This document shows, one piece after another, positions 1 to 9,300 of a stretch of DNA of 64,000 nucleotides. The notes beneath the pieces were generated by a model that saw nothing but the letters and a program-made list of their open reading frames with translations, made no database searches and was not told where the DNA came from. Source of the DNA: an uncultured Gammaproteobacteria bacterium (GTDB lineage: Bacteria > Patescibacteriota > Patescibacteriia > SG8-24); contig CAZBFO010000005.1 of assembly GCA_964491475.1 (NCBI GenBank), positions 841 to 64,840 on the forward strand, written 5' to 3'. Within the stretch, counting starts at the first letter, position 1, and each line of letters opens with the position of its first letter. The position numbers were made by a program, and so were the translations under genes.

Positions 1-3000
1 AGCCGCCGGACACCGTGGAGTCGATGAAGATGCCCTGCGCCGCCGTGCCCGCACCTTGGCGGTCGAGCGAAAGCACCGCAGCGTTGGTGTCGGCAGTAAC
101 GCCGTCGTAAACGTGCGAGGCCTTGATGGTGCCGTGGCTGGTTTCGTGACCGGTGACCTCGAAAGCCGTGAAGGCGTTACTGGTGGACACGAAGTTGCCG
201 GCAGCGACGCTCGATGTCGAACCGCTGTAAGTCGCAGTGATGGTGTGGCCGGTGCCGTCGGCCGAAACCGAGATGCCGCCGCCGGTGCCGCCCGTAGCGT
301 TGATGTCGAGCGAGGTACCGGTGCCATCGTTGGAAATCGCCATCACGTTCTGGTCGTAGGAAGTGTTGTCTGCGCGCAGCGAAAGCAGGCGTGCACCCGA
401 AGTCGAAGCGCCGGCGTTCGAGTACACGACGATGCCGGAACCGAGGTTGCTGGTATTGTTGATCAACAGCGTTCCGCCGATCGAGGTCGAGGTCGAAGTG
501 TTGCCGGTCGGGGTCAGGCGCAAAGCCGCTCCAGTACCCGAGTTTGCGACATCGAGCGTCGTGCCGTTACCTGCATTGTTGATCTTGATGGCGCTCGACG
601 TGCCGTCGTTGTCGAGGCGCAGCACCGGACCGTCACCGGCGGAGTTGTCCTGCTTCATGAAGACGAGTCCGGCCGACGATTGGCCCGAACCGGCGTTCGT
701 GTAGAAGTTCACGCCGATGCCGAGGTTGTTGGTGTTGTCGACCAGAAGCGCGCCGCTCGAGGTGGCATTGCTGCCGGTGGCGCCGTTCTGCTGAATGTAG
801 ATGGCGTTACCGGTGCCGGCGTTGGTCACGGCGATTCCCCTGCCGTTGTTGGTGGTGTCGTTCTGCGTGAGCGTGATGCCGTTGCCGCCAAGGCCGTTGT
901 AGACGTTAAGCGTCTGCTTGCCGACCAGGCCGCTGCTGTACCGCGCGTTAATGAACGCGGTCGCGGTGCCGTTGTCAGTGATGTCCGTGGTGTTGCTGGA
1001 AATGGTCGCGCCCTCGACCGTCACGCGGGAAGCGCCAGAGTCGATCAAGAGACCGGTGGCGTTGCCCTCGATCCAGGAGTTCAACAGCGAGATGTTCTGC
1101 GAAGTGCCGTCGATGTGCACGCCGGTGATGCCCGTCGGCGAAGACGGCTCAAAGTCGGAACCGACCACCGTCAGGCCGCGAGTGTCGACGAGGTTAAGAC
1201 CCGTACCTGCGCCACCTGCCTTCGGGCGGCAGCGGACGTTGATCATGTGGTTGGCGTTGGCCTGGCTGCCGGAGTACTCGACGCAGCTGTTGTTGTCGAA
1301 CAGGCGGGCATCGGTGAGCGAGTTGTAATAAGTGGTGGCAGCGGTGTCCTGGTACAGTACGCCGAGGTTCCAATTTTCGATGCTGACCTTGCTCACCCAA
1401 GTGTAGGCGGCATTGGACATGTCGAACGCCGTACCGACGGCAGAACCGTTGGTGTTCAGCCAGCGTCCGCCGGTGATGGTCACCTGACCGATGCCCGAGG
1501 TCATCTGGATGAGCGGCGTGACGCTTGCGCCGTCGGCCTGAATGATGGCGCCGGCAGACATGAAGATCTGAATCTTCGAGTACGGGATGGTGATGGTGGA
1601 CGTTTCCGTGTAGGTGCCGTCCTTCACCCAGATGGAACAGCCGCTCGAAGGGCAAGCCGCGACCGCCGCTCCTAGCGTGGTGTAGTCGCCGCCGCTCGCG
1701 GCAACGACGTAAGTGTACGTCTTCGTTGCCGACCCGCCGGCACCGGCGATGGTTCCGGAACAGGACAGGTTGCCGTTGGTGCCATCAACGGTACAGCCGG
1801 TAGAACCGGAGCCGCCAGCGAGATTGACGCCGGCCGAACCGACCGCGCCGCCGACGTTCACCGTGGTGGCGTTGGTGTTGAAGACGCTGGCAGTACCAGT
1901 CGAACTGGTCGCAACGCTCGGGCTGGCGCCGTTCAAGTTGAGCGCCGTCGCATTAGTAAGAGTGACGGTCGGGTTGGCGACGGTAAACGTGCCGGTGGAA
2001 GCGCCAAGGTTGAGGCTGGTCGCCGCGCCGCCGACGTTGAGCGTGGTTGCCGCGGTGTTCACCAGGTCAAAGCTTGTCGAGCCGGTGGTGAGCGAGGTGG
2101 TGATGGCCGGGCTGGTGCCGAAGACGGCCGCGCCGGAGCCGGTCTCGTCGGTGAGCGTGGCGGAGAGGGCGGCGGAGTTCTGCGAAGCGGTCAGGTTCGA
2201 GGAGCCGTCGGTGGTCACGAAGCGGCTGGCGGTGATGCCCGAGAAGGTGATCGTGCCGGAGCTCGAGATGCCCGTAATGTTCGACAGCGCACCGCCGTTG
2301 GAGAGGCGCTGGGTGCCGCCGGTCTGCAAGTCACCGTTCGAGAGGTTGATGGTGCCGTTGGCCAGCGTCATCGTGCCCGTCGAGGCGCCGATGCTGACGG
2401 TGGTCGCCGCGCCGCCGATGTTGAGCGTCGTCGCGGTCGAATTGAACAGCGTAGCGCTCGTCTGGCTGGTGGTGAGGTCGCCGCCGTTCAGTGCCAAGTC
2501 GCTGGTCATGGTCACGTCGCCGGTGTCGGCGATGCGCATGCGCTCGGTGCGAGTGGTGGTGCCGTTTGTGGTGGTCTCGAAGGTGAGGTAGGTGCCGTTG
2601 GCACTGGTCGTGAAGTTTTCACCCGCCTTGAAGATGATCGCCGCATTGCTCAACGAGGTAAATGCGGACCCGTTGTAGCCCTTGGCATTAAAGGTGAAAA
2701 GCGTGTCGTTGGCGTTCACCGCGGTCGGCGAACCGACGCTGCCGCGAGCGCGGCGGGCAGTCAGGTTTGCGGCAACGGAATTGCCGTAAGCGTCAATCGT
2801 CTCCTGTACCGGATCAGTGCTGCCGACAATCTGGAAATTGGAGCTCGGAGAGGTGGTGCCGAGACCGAGGCGATTATTCGTGTCGTCCCAGTAGAAGTTG
2901 GCGTTGTCCTGGCCCAGGTTTCCGCTGGCGTCGGCGAACAGCACCGAACCCGCAGTCGCGGAAGTGATGGAATCTCCGATGGAAACTCCGCTGCCCGACG

Positions 3001-5995
3001 TAATGCAGTCCGTCCAGGCGCCGTTCTGGTAGCAGCGGAACTTATTGGAGGTGGTGTTGTAGTACACCAAGCCCGCCGAACCGGTCGGATCGGAAGAAAG
3101 GTTTGCGAACTGCAGCGGACCGCTCAACTGATTGTTCGAAGAGCTGGTGGAAACGATCGGGCCGGTGGCCGTGACGCCGCCGCCGAAGGTGACGGCTTGG
3201 CCGCTGGTCGCGTTGATGGCCAGCGCGCCGACCGATTCGATCTTGCCGTCGGAGTAATAAGTGGAACCGTTGCCGGCGACGACGCCGTCGATGAAGTAGC
3301 CGCGGCCGAAGCGGTTTGCCAGCGCCTGCGCGGTGTCGGTGCCGCCGACTTCCGGAACGTGAACTTCGGTCACCACGTCGGTGCTGGACCAGTCGAGCGC
3401 GGGGCTGATGGTCAGCGTGTCGCCGGTGACTGCCGTAATCTTGGCGTAGCAGGGATTGGAGACGCAGGTAGCCGAAGCCACTTTGGCGTAGTTGCCGACG
3501 TCGAAGTTCGCGCCGTCGCCGGTCTGCACGTCGAGGCTCGTGGAAGCGGTGCCGGAGTTCGCCGCAGTCGACGCGCCGTCAAGCGTCGTGAAGGCGGTGA
3601 TGGCGTCGCCGGTCGCGTTGACGTTGAAGTTGGAGCTGGTACCGACGGAGAAGAGGTTGGTCGGGGCGTTGTTGCCGATGCCGAGCCGGGCGCTTCCTGC
3701 GTTCCAGTAGAAGTTGGCGTTGTCTTGGCCAAGGTTGCCGGAACCGTCAGCGAACAGCACCGAACCGGCCGTGGCGCCGGTAATCGAGTTGCCGATGACC
3801 ATGCCGCTGCCGGTGAGCGTCGAGCAGTCGGTCCACGAGCCGCCCGCGTAGCAGCGGAAGGTGTCGGAGGTCGTGTTGTAGTACATCATGCCGTTCGTTC
3901 CGGCCGGATCTGCAGACGCCGTGCCGATGGTCAGCTTGGTGCCGGCACCGAAGACGAGATCGCCCGCCAAGTAGCTGCTGCGAGTGGACGCGCTGTAGAT
4001 TGCGCGATCGCCGGACGGGTTGGTGGTCGTGCCGATGAGCAAGTCGGTATTGTTGGTCGCTCCTGTCATCTCTTCGATGAGCACGCCCGCACGGTTCGTC
4101 ATGGTACCGACGGCAGAAATGGTGTTACCGGCAACGATGGCGCGGCTGCTGGTGATCGTTCCGGAGACATTGTTGGAAACGCCGGCATAGAAGGCAATCG
4201 CTTCACTGACCGTTCCGGTCGATGCGTTGCTTACCTCTCCATCGAGGCCTATCATGCGGTTCACGGTGCCGGTACCGTTGTGTTGAGCGTAGCTAAGGCT
4301 GCCGAGAATGGAGTTCGTCGCGGTGAAGTTCCTGCTGTTGCCCGACAGGGTTGCGATGTAGTTGTATCCGCCAAAGTACTGCGAAGAAGTATCAGCCGTA
4401 GGATCAAGCTCGAAGTTCTGGTACACGAGCGTCGCGCCAGTGGTGTCGGTGGTGCGGTGGGTGACGTTCAAAATCGACGTCGAGTCGTAGCCGGGCACCT
4501 GATTGCCGATCGTCGCGTAACCGCGAACGTCCAGAAGAGCGCTCGGAGTGCTCGTGCCGATGCCGACATCGCCCGCAAAGTAAGACTTCGCGCCGCCGCT
4601 GCTGTAAATGGAGTAGTTGTTAGCTCCGGTCGTGGTCTGATCGATGGCCAATCCCTTGTTGTTGGTTCCGGCGGACTGGTCGCTGACATGTACGCCCTCG
4701 ACGTCGGTGATGGTACCGCCACCGGTGTTGGTGATGGTGTCTGCCCAGATGCCGCGAGCGGTGCCGAGCGTGCTGGTGCCCTGGTTGCCGACGAACGTAT
4801 ACAGGCCGTAGGCGCTGTTCAGATTGCCGGTCGAGTTGAGAAACACCTCGCCGTCGAGAGCAGCGACCTTGGCGTTGGTGTATGACGTCGAGTTCTGGAC
4901 CGTGACGTAGCCGCTCACGGCAGCGTTCGTCGTGGTCGTGTTAGCCATGTTGTCTGCCTTGAGCCAGCCGAGAAGCGTGCCGTGATCTGCCGAAGCATTG
5001 GTCTCGGAGGCGAAGACGTTCGCGTCGTTGTAGCTGGCTGTGTTGTAGCCGCCGAGGTCGGTGAAGTTCGACGGGCCGGCCCAAACGTCGTAGTTGTACG
5101 TGCCGCCGGTCGCCTTGTTGATGCGAAGCGCGTAGTTCCTTGCGCCGGAACCGTTCCACGTGCCCGTAGAAGTCAGCTCGAGGCCCGCCTTGTTAACCGA
5201 TGCGGTGGACGAGGTGGTGGTGTTGGAGAGCAGCGTGCCGCTGAACGAGGCAGTTTTCGCGCCGGTGCTGCTGACCTCCAGCGTGGAAGTCGGCGTCGCC
5301 GTTCCGATACCGATCATGTTGGCAGCCGAATCCAGCACGAAGGTCGTCGTGTCGAACGTAACGTCCTTGGTGAGCGTGAAGTTGCCGGAAGCGTCGGTGA
5401 CCGGCACGAATGCATTGGAACCGCCGGCGTTCGAAGTCTCGAGGTCGTCGAGCTTGTCGGCGTTCATGGCATAACCGGCCGCCACGATGCGCTTGCGGGG
5501 TGTCATTTCTGCGTCGGTGTTGACGGTGACGCCCAGGTACATGACCGGATTGTTGAAAAGTGCGGCTGGCATCGCTGCGGGGCTGCCGGAAGTGCAAACG
5601 AGAGGGGTGGTAACGTCGCCCATCAAAACGGTGGTGGTGCCACCGACGAATGCCGCAGTCACTGCCGTGGGGGTGCTGGTGGGGTTGCCGTCGGTGGTGC
5701 ATGCAGAAAACAACTGCGTGCCACCGCTGGCCGAGTCGTAGACGGTCAGGTAGATGTCGTTGTTACCGTCAGCGACCGTGTTGCCAGCAAGATCGGTCAG
5801 TCGCATCTGGTAATTCAGAACGCGGTTCAGTTCCGGAGCCGAAGCGGCGAATGCCGTTGATACCGAGAACAGCGTCGCAAGGCCGGTAATGACCGTGATA
5901 ACGGCAAAAACAATCCGAGCAACATTGGCAAAAAATTGCTCAATGGAGCGGTTATTCTCGCGGCTCTTTCGGTCATGGTGCCTAATAGTAGCCAT
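1..5995 (-). CDS. Giant secreted tail-fibre/adhesin-like protein (>1,990 aa, runs off the window edge), with a pectin-lyase-like beta-helix region; paralogue of 52985..60856
   Basis: Absent from the ORF track because it has no stop in the window. Manual translation from ATG 5995 gives MATIRHHDRK...IVFAVITVITGLATLFSVSTAFAASAPELNRVLNYQMRLTD..., and spot checks at ~2600, ~1715 and the edge (...DSTVSGG) are in the same frame. Hydrophobic signal segment, GIGT and YYN..FRCY..G.W..C repeats, and VVAASGGDYTTLGAAVAACPSSGCSIWVKDGTYTE, a typical beta-helix cap. Confidence 0.85.
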   Translation of the reverse strand, partial: MATIRHHDRKSRENNRSIEQFFANVARIVFAVITVITGLATLFSVSTAFAASAPELNRVLNYQMRLTDLAGNTVADGNNDIYLTVYDSASGGTQLFSACTTDGNPTSTPTAVTAAFVGGTTTVLMGDVTTPLVCTSGSPAAMPAALFNNPVMYLGVTVNTDAEMTPRKRIVAAGYAMNADKLDDLETSNAGGSNAFVPVTDASGNFTLTKDVTFDTTTFVLDSAANMIGIGTATPTSTLEVSSTGAKTASFSGTLLSNTTTSSTASVNKAGLELTSTGTWNGSGARNYALRINKATGGTYNYDVWAGPSNFTDLGGYNTASYNDANVFASETNASADHGTLLGWLKADNMANTTTTNAAVSGYVTVQNSTSYTNAKVAALDGEVFLNSTGNLNSAYGLYTFVGNQGTSTLGTARGIWADTITNTGGGTITDVEGVHVSDQSAGTNNKGLAIDQTTTGANNYSIYSSGGAKSYFAGDVGIGTSTPSALLDVRGYATIGNQVPGYDSTSILNVTHRTTDTTGATLVYQNFELDPTADTSSQYFGGYNYIATLSGNSRNFTATNSILGSLSYAQHNGTGTVNRMIGLDGEVSNASTGTVSEAIAFYAGVSNNVSGTITSSRAIVAGNTISAVGTMTNRAGVLIEEMTGATNNTDLLIGTTTNPSGDRAIYSASTRSSYLAGDLVFGAGTKLTIGTASADPAGTNGMMYYNTTSDTFRCYAGGSWTDCSTLTGSGMVIGNSITGATAGSVLFADGSGNLGQDNANFYWNAGSARLGIGNNAPTNLFSVGTSSNFNVNATGDAITAFTTLDGASTAANSGTASTSLDVQTGDGANFDVGNYAKVASATCVSNPCYAKITAVTGDTLTISPALDWSSTDVVTEVHVPEVGGTDTAQALANRFGRGYFIDGVVAGNGSTYYSDGKIESVGALAINATSGQAVTFGGGVTATGPIVSTSSSNNQLSGPLQFANLSSDPTGSAGLVYYNTTSNKFRCYQNGAWTDCITSGSGVSIGDSITSATAGSVLFADASGNLGQDNANFYWDDTNNRLGLGTTSPSSNFQIVGSTDPVQETIDAYGNSVAANLTARRARGSVGSPTAVNANDTLFTFNAKGYNGSAFTSLSNAAIIFKAGENFTTSANGTYLTFETTTNGTTTRTERMRIADTGDVTMTSDLALNGGDLTTSQTSATLFNSTATTLNIGGAATTVSIGASTGTMTLANGTINLSNGDLQTGGTQRLSNGGALSNITGISSSGTITFSGITASRFVTTDGSSNLTASQNSAALSATLTDETGSGAAVFGTSPAITTSLTTGSTSFDLVNTAATTLNVGGAATSLNLGASTGTFTVANPTVTLTNATALNLNGASPSVATSSTGTASVFNTNATTVNVGGAVGSAGVNLAGGSGSTGCTVDGTNGNLSCSGTIAGAGGSATKTYTYVVAASGGDYTTLGAAVAACPSSGCSIWVKDGTYTETSTITIPYSKIQIFMSAGAIIQADGASVTPLIQMTSGIGQVTITGGRWLNTNGSAVGTAFDMSNAAYTWVSKVSIENWNLGVLYQDTAATTYYNSLTDARLFDNNSCVEYSGSQANANHMINVRCRPKAGGAGTGLNLVDTRGLTVVGSDFEPSSPTGITGVHIDGTSQNISLLNSWIEGNATGLLIDSGASRVTVEGATISSNTTDITDNGTATAFINARYSSGLVGKQTLNVYNGLGGNGITLTQNDTTNNGRGIAVTNAGTGNAIYIQQNGATGSNATSSGALLVDNTNNLGIGVNFYTNAGSGQSSAGLVFMKQDNSAGDGPVLRLDNDGTSSAIKINNAGNGTTLDVANSGTGAALRLTPTGNTSTSTSIGGTLLINNTSNLGSGIVVYSNAGASTSGARLLSLRADNTSYDQNVMAISNDGTGTSLDINATGGTGGGISVSADGTGHTITATYSGSTSSVAAGNFVSTSNAFTAFEVTGHETSHGTIKASHVYDGVTADTNAAVLSLDRQGAGTAAQGIFIDSTVSGG

Positions 5996-6064
5996 CTTTT
6001 TTGCGACAAATACCCGAGGCTCTAGAAAAATAGCTATAAATAGCCCTATTCTAGGCCTTGTACC

Positions 6065-6093
6065 ATTTTACCATTTTTTGGCACGCTTCTCAA
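6065..6093 (-). promoter_or_regulatory. Sigma70-like promoter of the left giant adhesin gene
   Basis: Minus strand TTGAGA-17 nt-TAAAAT. Confidence 0.6.
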
Positions 6094-6335
6094 CGGCAAT
6101 GAGCCACTTTTTGAGCTCATTTATGCTGCTGGGTTGAGCCAAATACTGGTACTGGTGTGGAAGATTTTTTATTTGTCCACAAGCTCACTATCTTCTGGGA
6201 AGCATAAACCTACTGCTCCTGTGGATAGTTTAAGCCATGTGGACATTTGTTCCCTCCACGCCTCGTTGCCAAAAAAACACGCTTTGGCAACGAGGCGTGT
6301 CCCCGATTTTCATCGGGAAACGCTTAATTCAGGCT

Positions 6336-9300
6336 TTATTCTGTCTTCTTCTCTTCAGGATGCGCCTGATCGGCATCGGGCAACAAGCGACCATTCTGGG
6401 CTCCAGAAGCCTCGTCCTTGAGTTCCTTTAGCAGTTCGGCGGCGGATTCATGCTTTATGACGGGAGTAGGCGCAGCTTTGTCCACGCTTGTTTGGACATT
6501 TGAGTCTTTCTTCGGTATCTCTCCCGGCTTCGGCATAACCTTAATGCCGTCATCGCCAGTCGTGGGCGGAGACGCTTCCGGTTTGCTGCCAGTGGTCATT
6601 TTCTTCAGGCGCGCGAGCATCTTTGCCTCATAGGACTCGCCTTCTGCCACGGGCTCTGCCTTTGGCATTTCTGGTTGCGCGGCTGCAGGTGCTACGGGTG
6701 ACGGGACTGCGGCTGCAGGCGCCGCCGGAGCCGGTGCGACCGGCGGTGCGATAGGAGTCTCGATGGACTTTACCGGTGTACGGAGAGCCAACCCAGCCGG
6801 CTGGGGCGGCATGGCCGGCAGTGACGTCGAAATGCGCTCACCGCCGTCCGTTGGCGGCCCTGAAGGCGTGCCCGGATCCGCCGAAGGCACGGCTGGCGGC
6901 TTTACGACCGCTCCCGCCGCTGGCGTAGCTCCCCCTTCCGTTCGCGGCAGGTGCACGTCCACGGCGACCACATGCATGCCCTTCTCCTTGGTGTCGATCA
7001 GGTTGACCGGACCCTTCTGCTGCTTCTGGTAGCCGGGCTTCTCGAAAGTCACGTAGTAGGTGTTCTGACCCACCAAGAACGCGTAGCGCCCGCGGACGTC
7101 GGTTACCTGCGTCTCGAGCAGCTTGTTGAAGCGGGTGTCGAAGATGCGCGCCACCACGTTGGAGAGCGGCTTCTTGGACTTGTCGTCGTAAACGATGCCC
7201 CAGTTCTTCGGCTTGCGCGTAATGGACAGGCGGCGGAACAGCAGGTACATGATGACGTTTGCCCCGAACATCGCGAACATGGTCGGCGTCGGCGAAAGCG
7301 CCGTCGCCACGGCCATGGCGAGAATGGTGATGACGCCGAGGCTCTTCTGCAGGCGGCGGGCAATGCCCTCGAGCAGGATCCTGCGCGGCGTCTTTTCGAC
7401 GCTTACCGGATCGAGCGGGACGTTGGCCGTGATCGTGGTCTCCTTGGTGACCTCGATGATTTCGCCGTGATACAGGTCGATGAACTTGGCGTCTTCCTTC
7501 ATTCCGCGCAGCACGTCTGACGGGAAAACGTACGAGGTCTTCACGGCAATCATCTTGTACGTGCCGGCCTGCACGATGAAGAAGTAGCGGCCGTCCTTGT
7601 CGGTAACGGCGGAGCGCACCACGCGGCCCGTCTTGGCATCAAGCAAGCGGACGATTGCCAGGTCGATGGGCAACTTGGAGAGCGAGTTGTAGACCACGCC
7701 CCACTGCTTGCGGCGCCGGCGGGCAATGAGCATGAACGGATGTGCCAGCAAGCTCCACAGGTACAGCAGGTACGGCACCACCGTCGCGGTGGCCACGCCG
7801 GCCGCAGCGACGTTCGCCACGGTCGCAACCGTCGCCGCGGGCGCGGCGATGTCCTGCGCGTTCTGCTTCACGTAGGCGTTGCCGGCGAAATCCGCTACGG
7901 CGTCGGCGGCGATCTTCGCGGCAAAACTGACGTTGGCGATGACGTCGTCTTTCGGCGGCAGCTTGATCAGCTTCACGTCGTTGCGCAGCACGTTCTCCGT
8001 GGCAAGCGGGAACGGAAGCGTGGTCTTCGTCGCGTATTCGTCGCGTTCGACGATCAGCTTGTACGAACCGATGGGCAGGATGTAGCCAAAGCGGCCGTCG
8101 GCGTCGGTAATCTGGGGGTTCTGCTGGCTCGAAGTGCCGCCGTCCCACAAGCCGAAGTTGCCGCCGCCGTTGTCGATCATCAGCGTCACGCGAGCGCCTG
8201 CCAGCGGAGCGTTTCCGTTATCGTCAAGCACGCGCGGTCGCGGCACGGTGCGCACGATGAAGTGCACGCTGTCGGAACCGCCGTCCTTGTACTTGACGAT
8301 GACGTCCATCGGATAGTCGGCGCTGGTCGAGGGCGTGGTCACCGTGGCTTCATAGCTGGCCGTCTGCCGCATCACGTAGCCGGCGTTATTGAAGTTGATG
8401 AAGGCGCTGTCGATCTCGTGCTTGATCGAAGGATCGGGAATCATCACGGTGAACACCGACGAGCTGTAGTAATTCAGCACGCCGCCCTGCATGCGCAGCT
8501 GGATCTTTCCCGAGGTGGCGAAGTAGCGCAGAGCGTCCGGAGTCAGCTTGATGTCCGAGCTGACCGTCGGCTTCGGCACCTCGACCGGAGGCTCCTGCGG
8601 AACGATCGGGCAGTCCGCCGGGCAGTTCAGCGAGTTCTCCTCGCCGGCGCAGATGCCGTTGCCGCATATCTCGGTGCTGGGCGGCGCGTTCGACGGGACG
8701 CACTTGCCGGCCGAGCACTTGAAGCCGCCGCCGCAGGCATGCGTCTCGGTCTGGTGCTGGTTGGCTTCGTCGCAGTAGCGCTCGAGCAGGGTGGCTTCAT
8801 CGGCGCACGAGTCGGTCTCGGTCTGACCGCCGTTGAAGCTGACCGTGCCCTGCAGGTCGTAATTCTTGCCGCCGTCGCTGTCGCTGCACGACGGTCCGAC
8901 CGGCGGAGGAAGGTTCGCCAAGGGAGTGGCGTCGTCGAACGCGCCTGACGCGTAGTTCAGCACGTTATCGTAGGCGAAGGCGCCGTAGTAGTACTTGGTG
9001 CCGTTGGTGACGCCGTTGTCCATTTTGTTGTCGCCGATGCCGTCGAATACGACGGTGCCGTCGTTCGGACCGCTCGGGTTGCTTCCCGTCTTGCGCACCA
9101 CGCGCGTGCCGGCCCAATCGGCATCGCTCGGATTGTGCCAGGTCAGCTGCACTTGCGCGTCGCCGGCGGTCGCCGTCAGCAGCGTCACCGGACCCGGCGG
9201 CACGTGGTCTCCGCCCGCGGGAGTCGCCTGCGCCTGCGCAGGCGTCGAATAATTCGGCACCGCGTCGTAGGCGTAGAGCGTGTAGAAGTAGAGCGTGCCG

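Noticed and set aside
56-5860. Long plus-strand ORFs (539, 292, 562 and 292 aa)
   Set aside because: Antisense shadows of the giant minus-strand gene, caused by GC-rich codon bias; no motifs.
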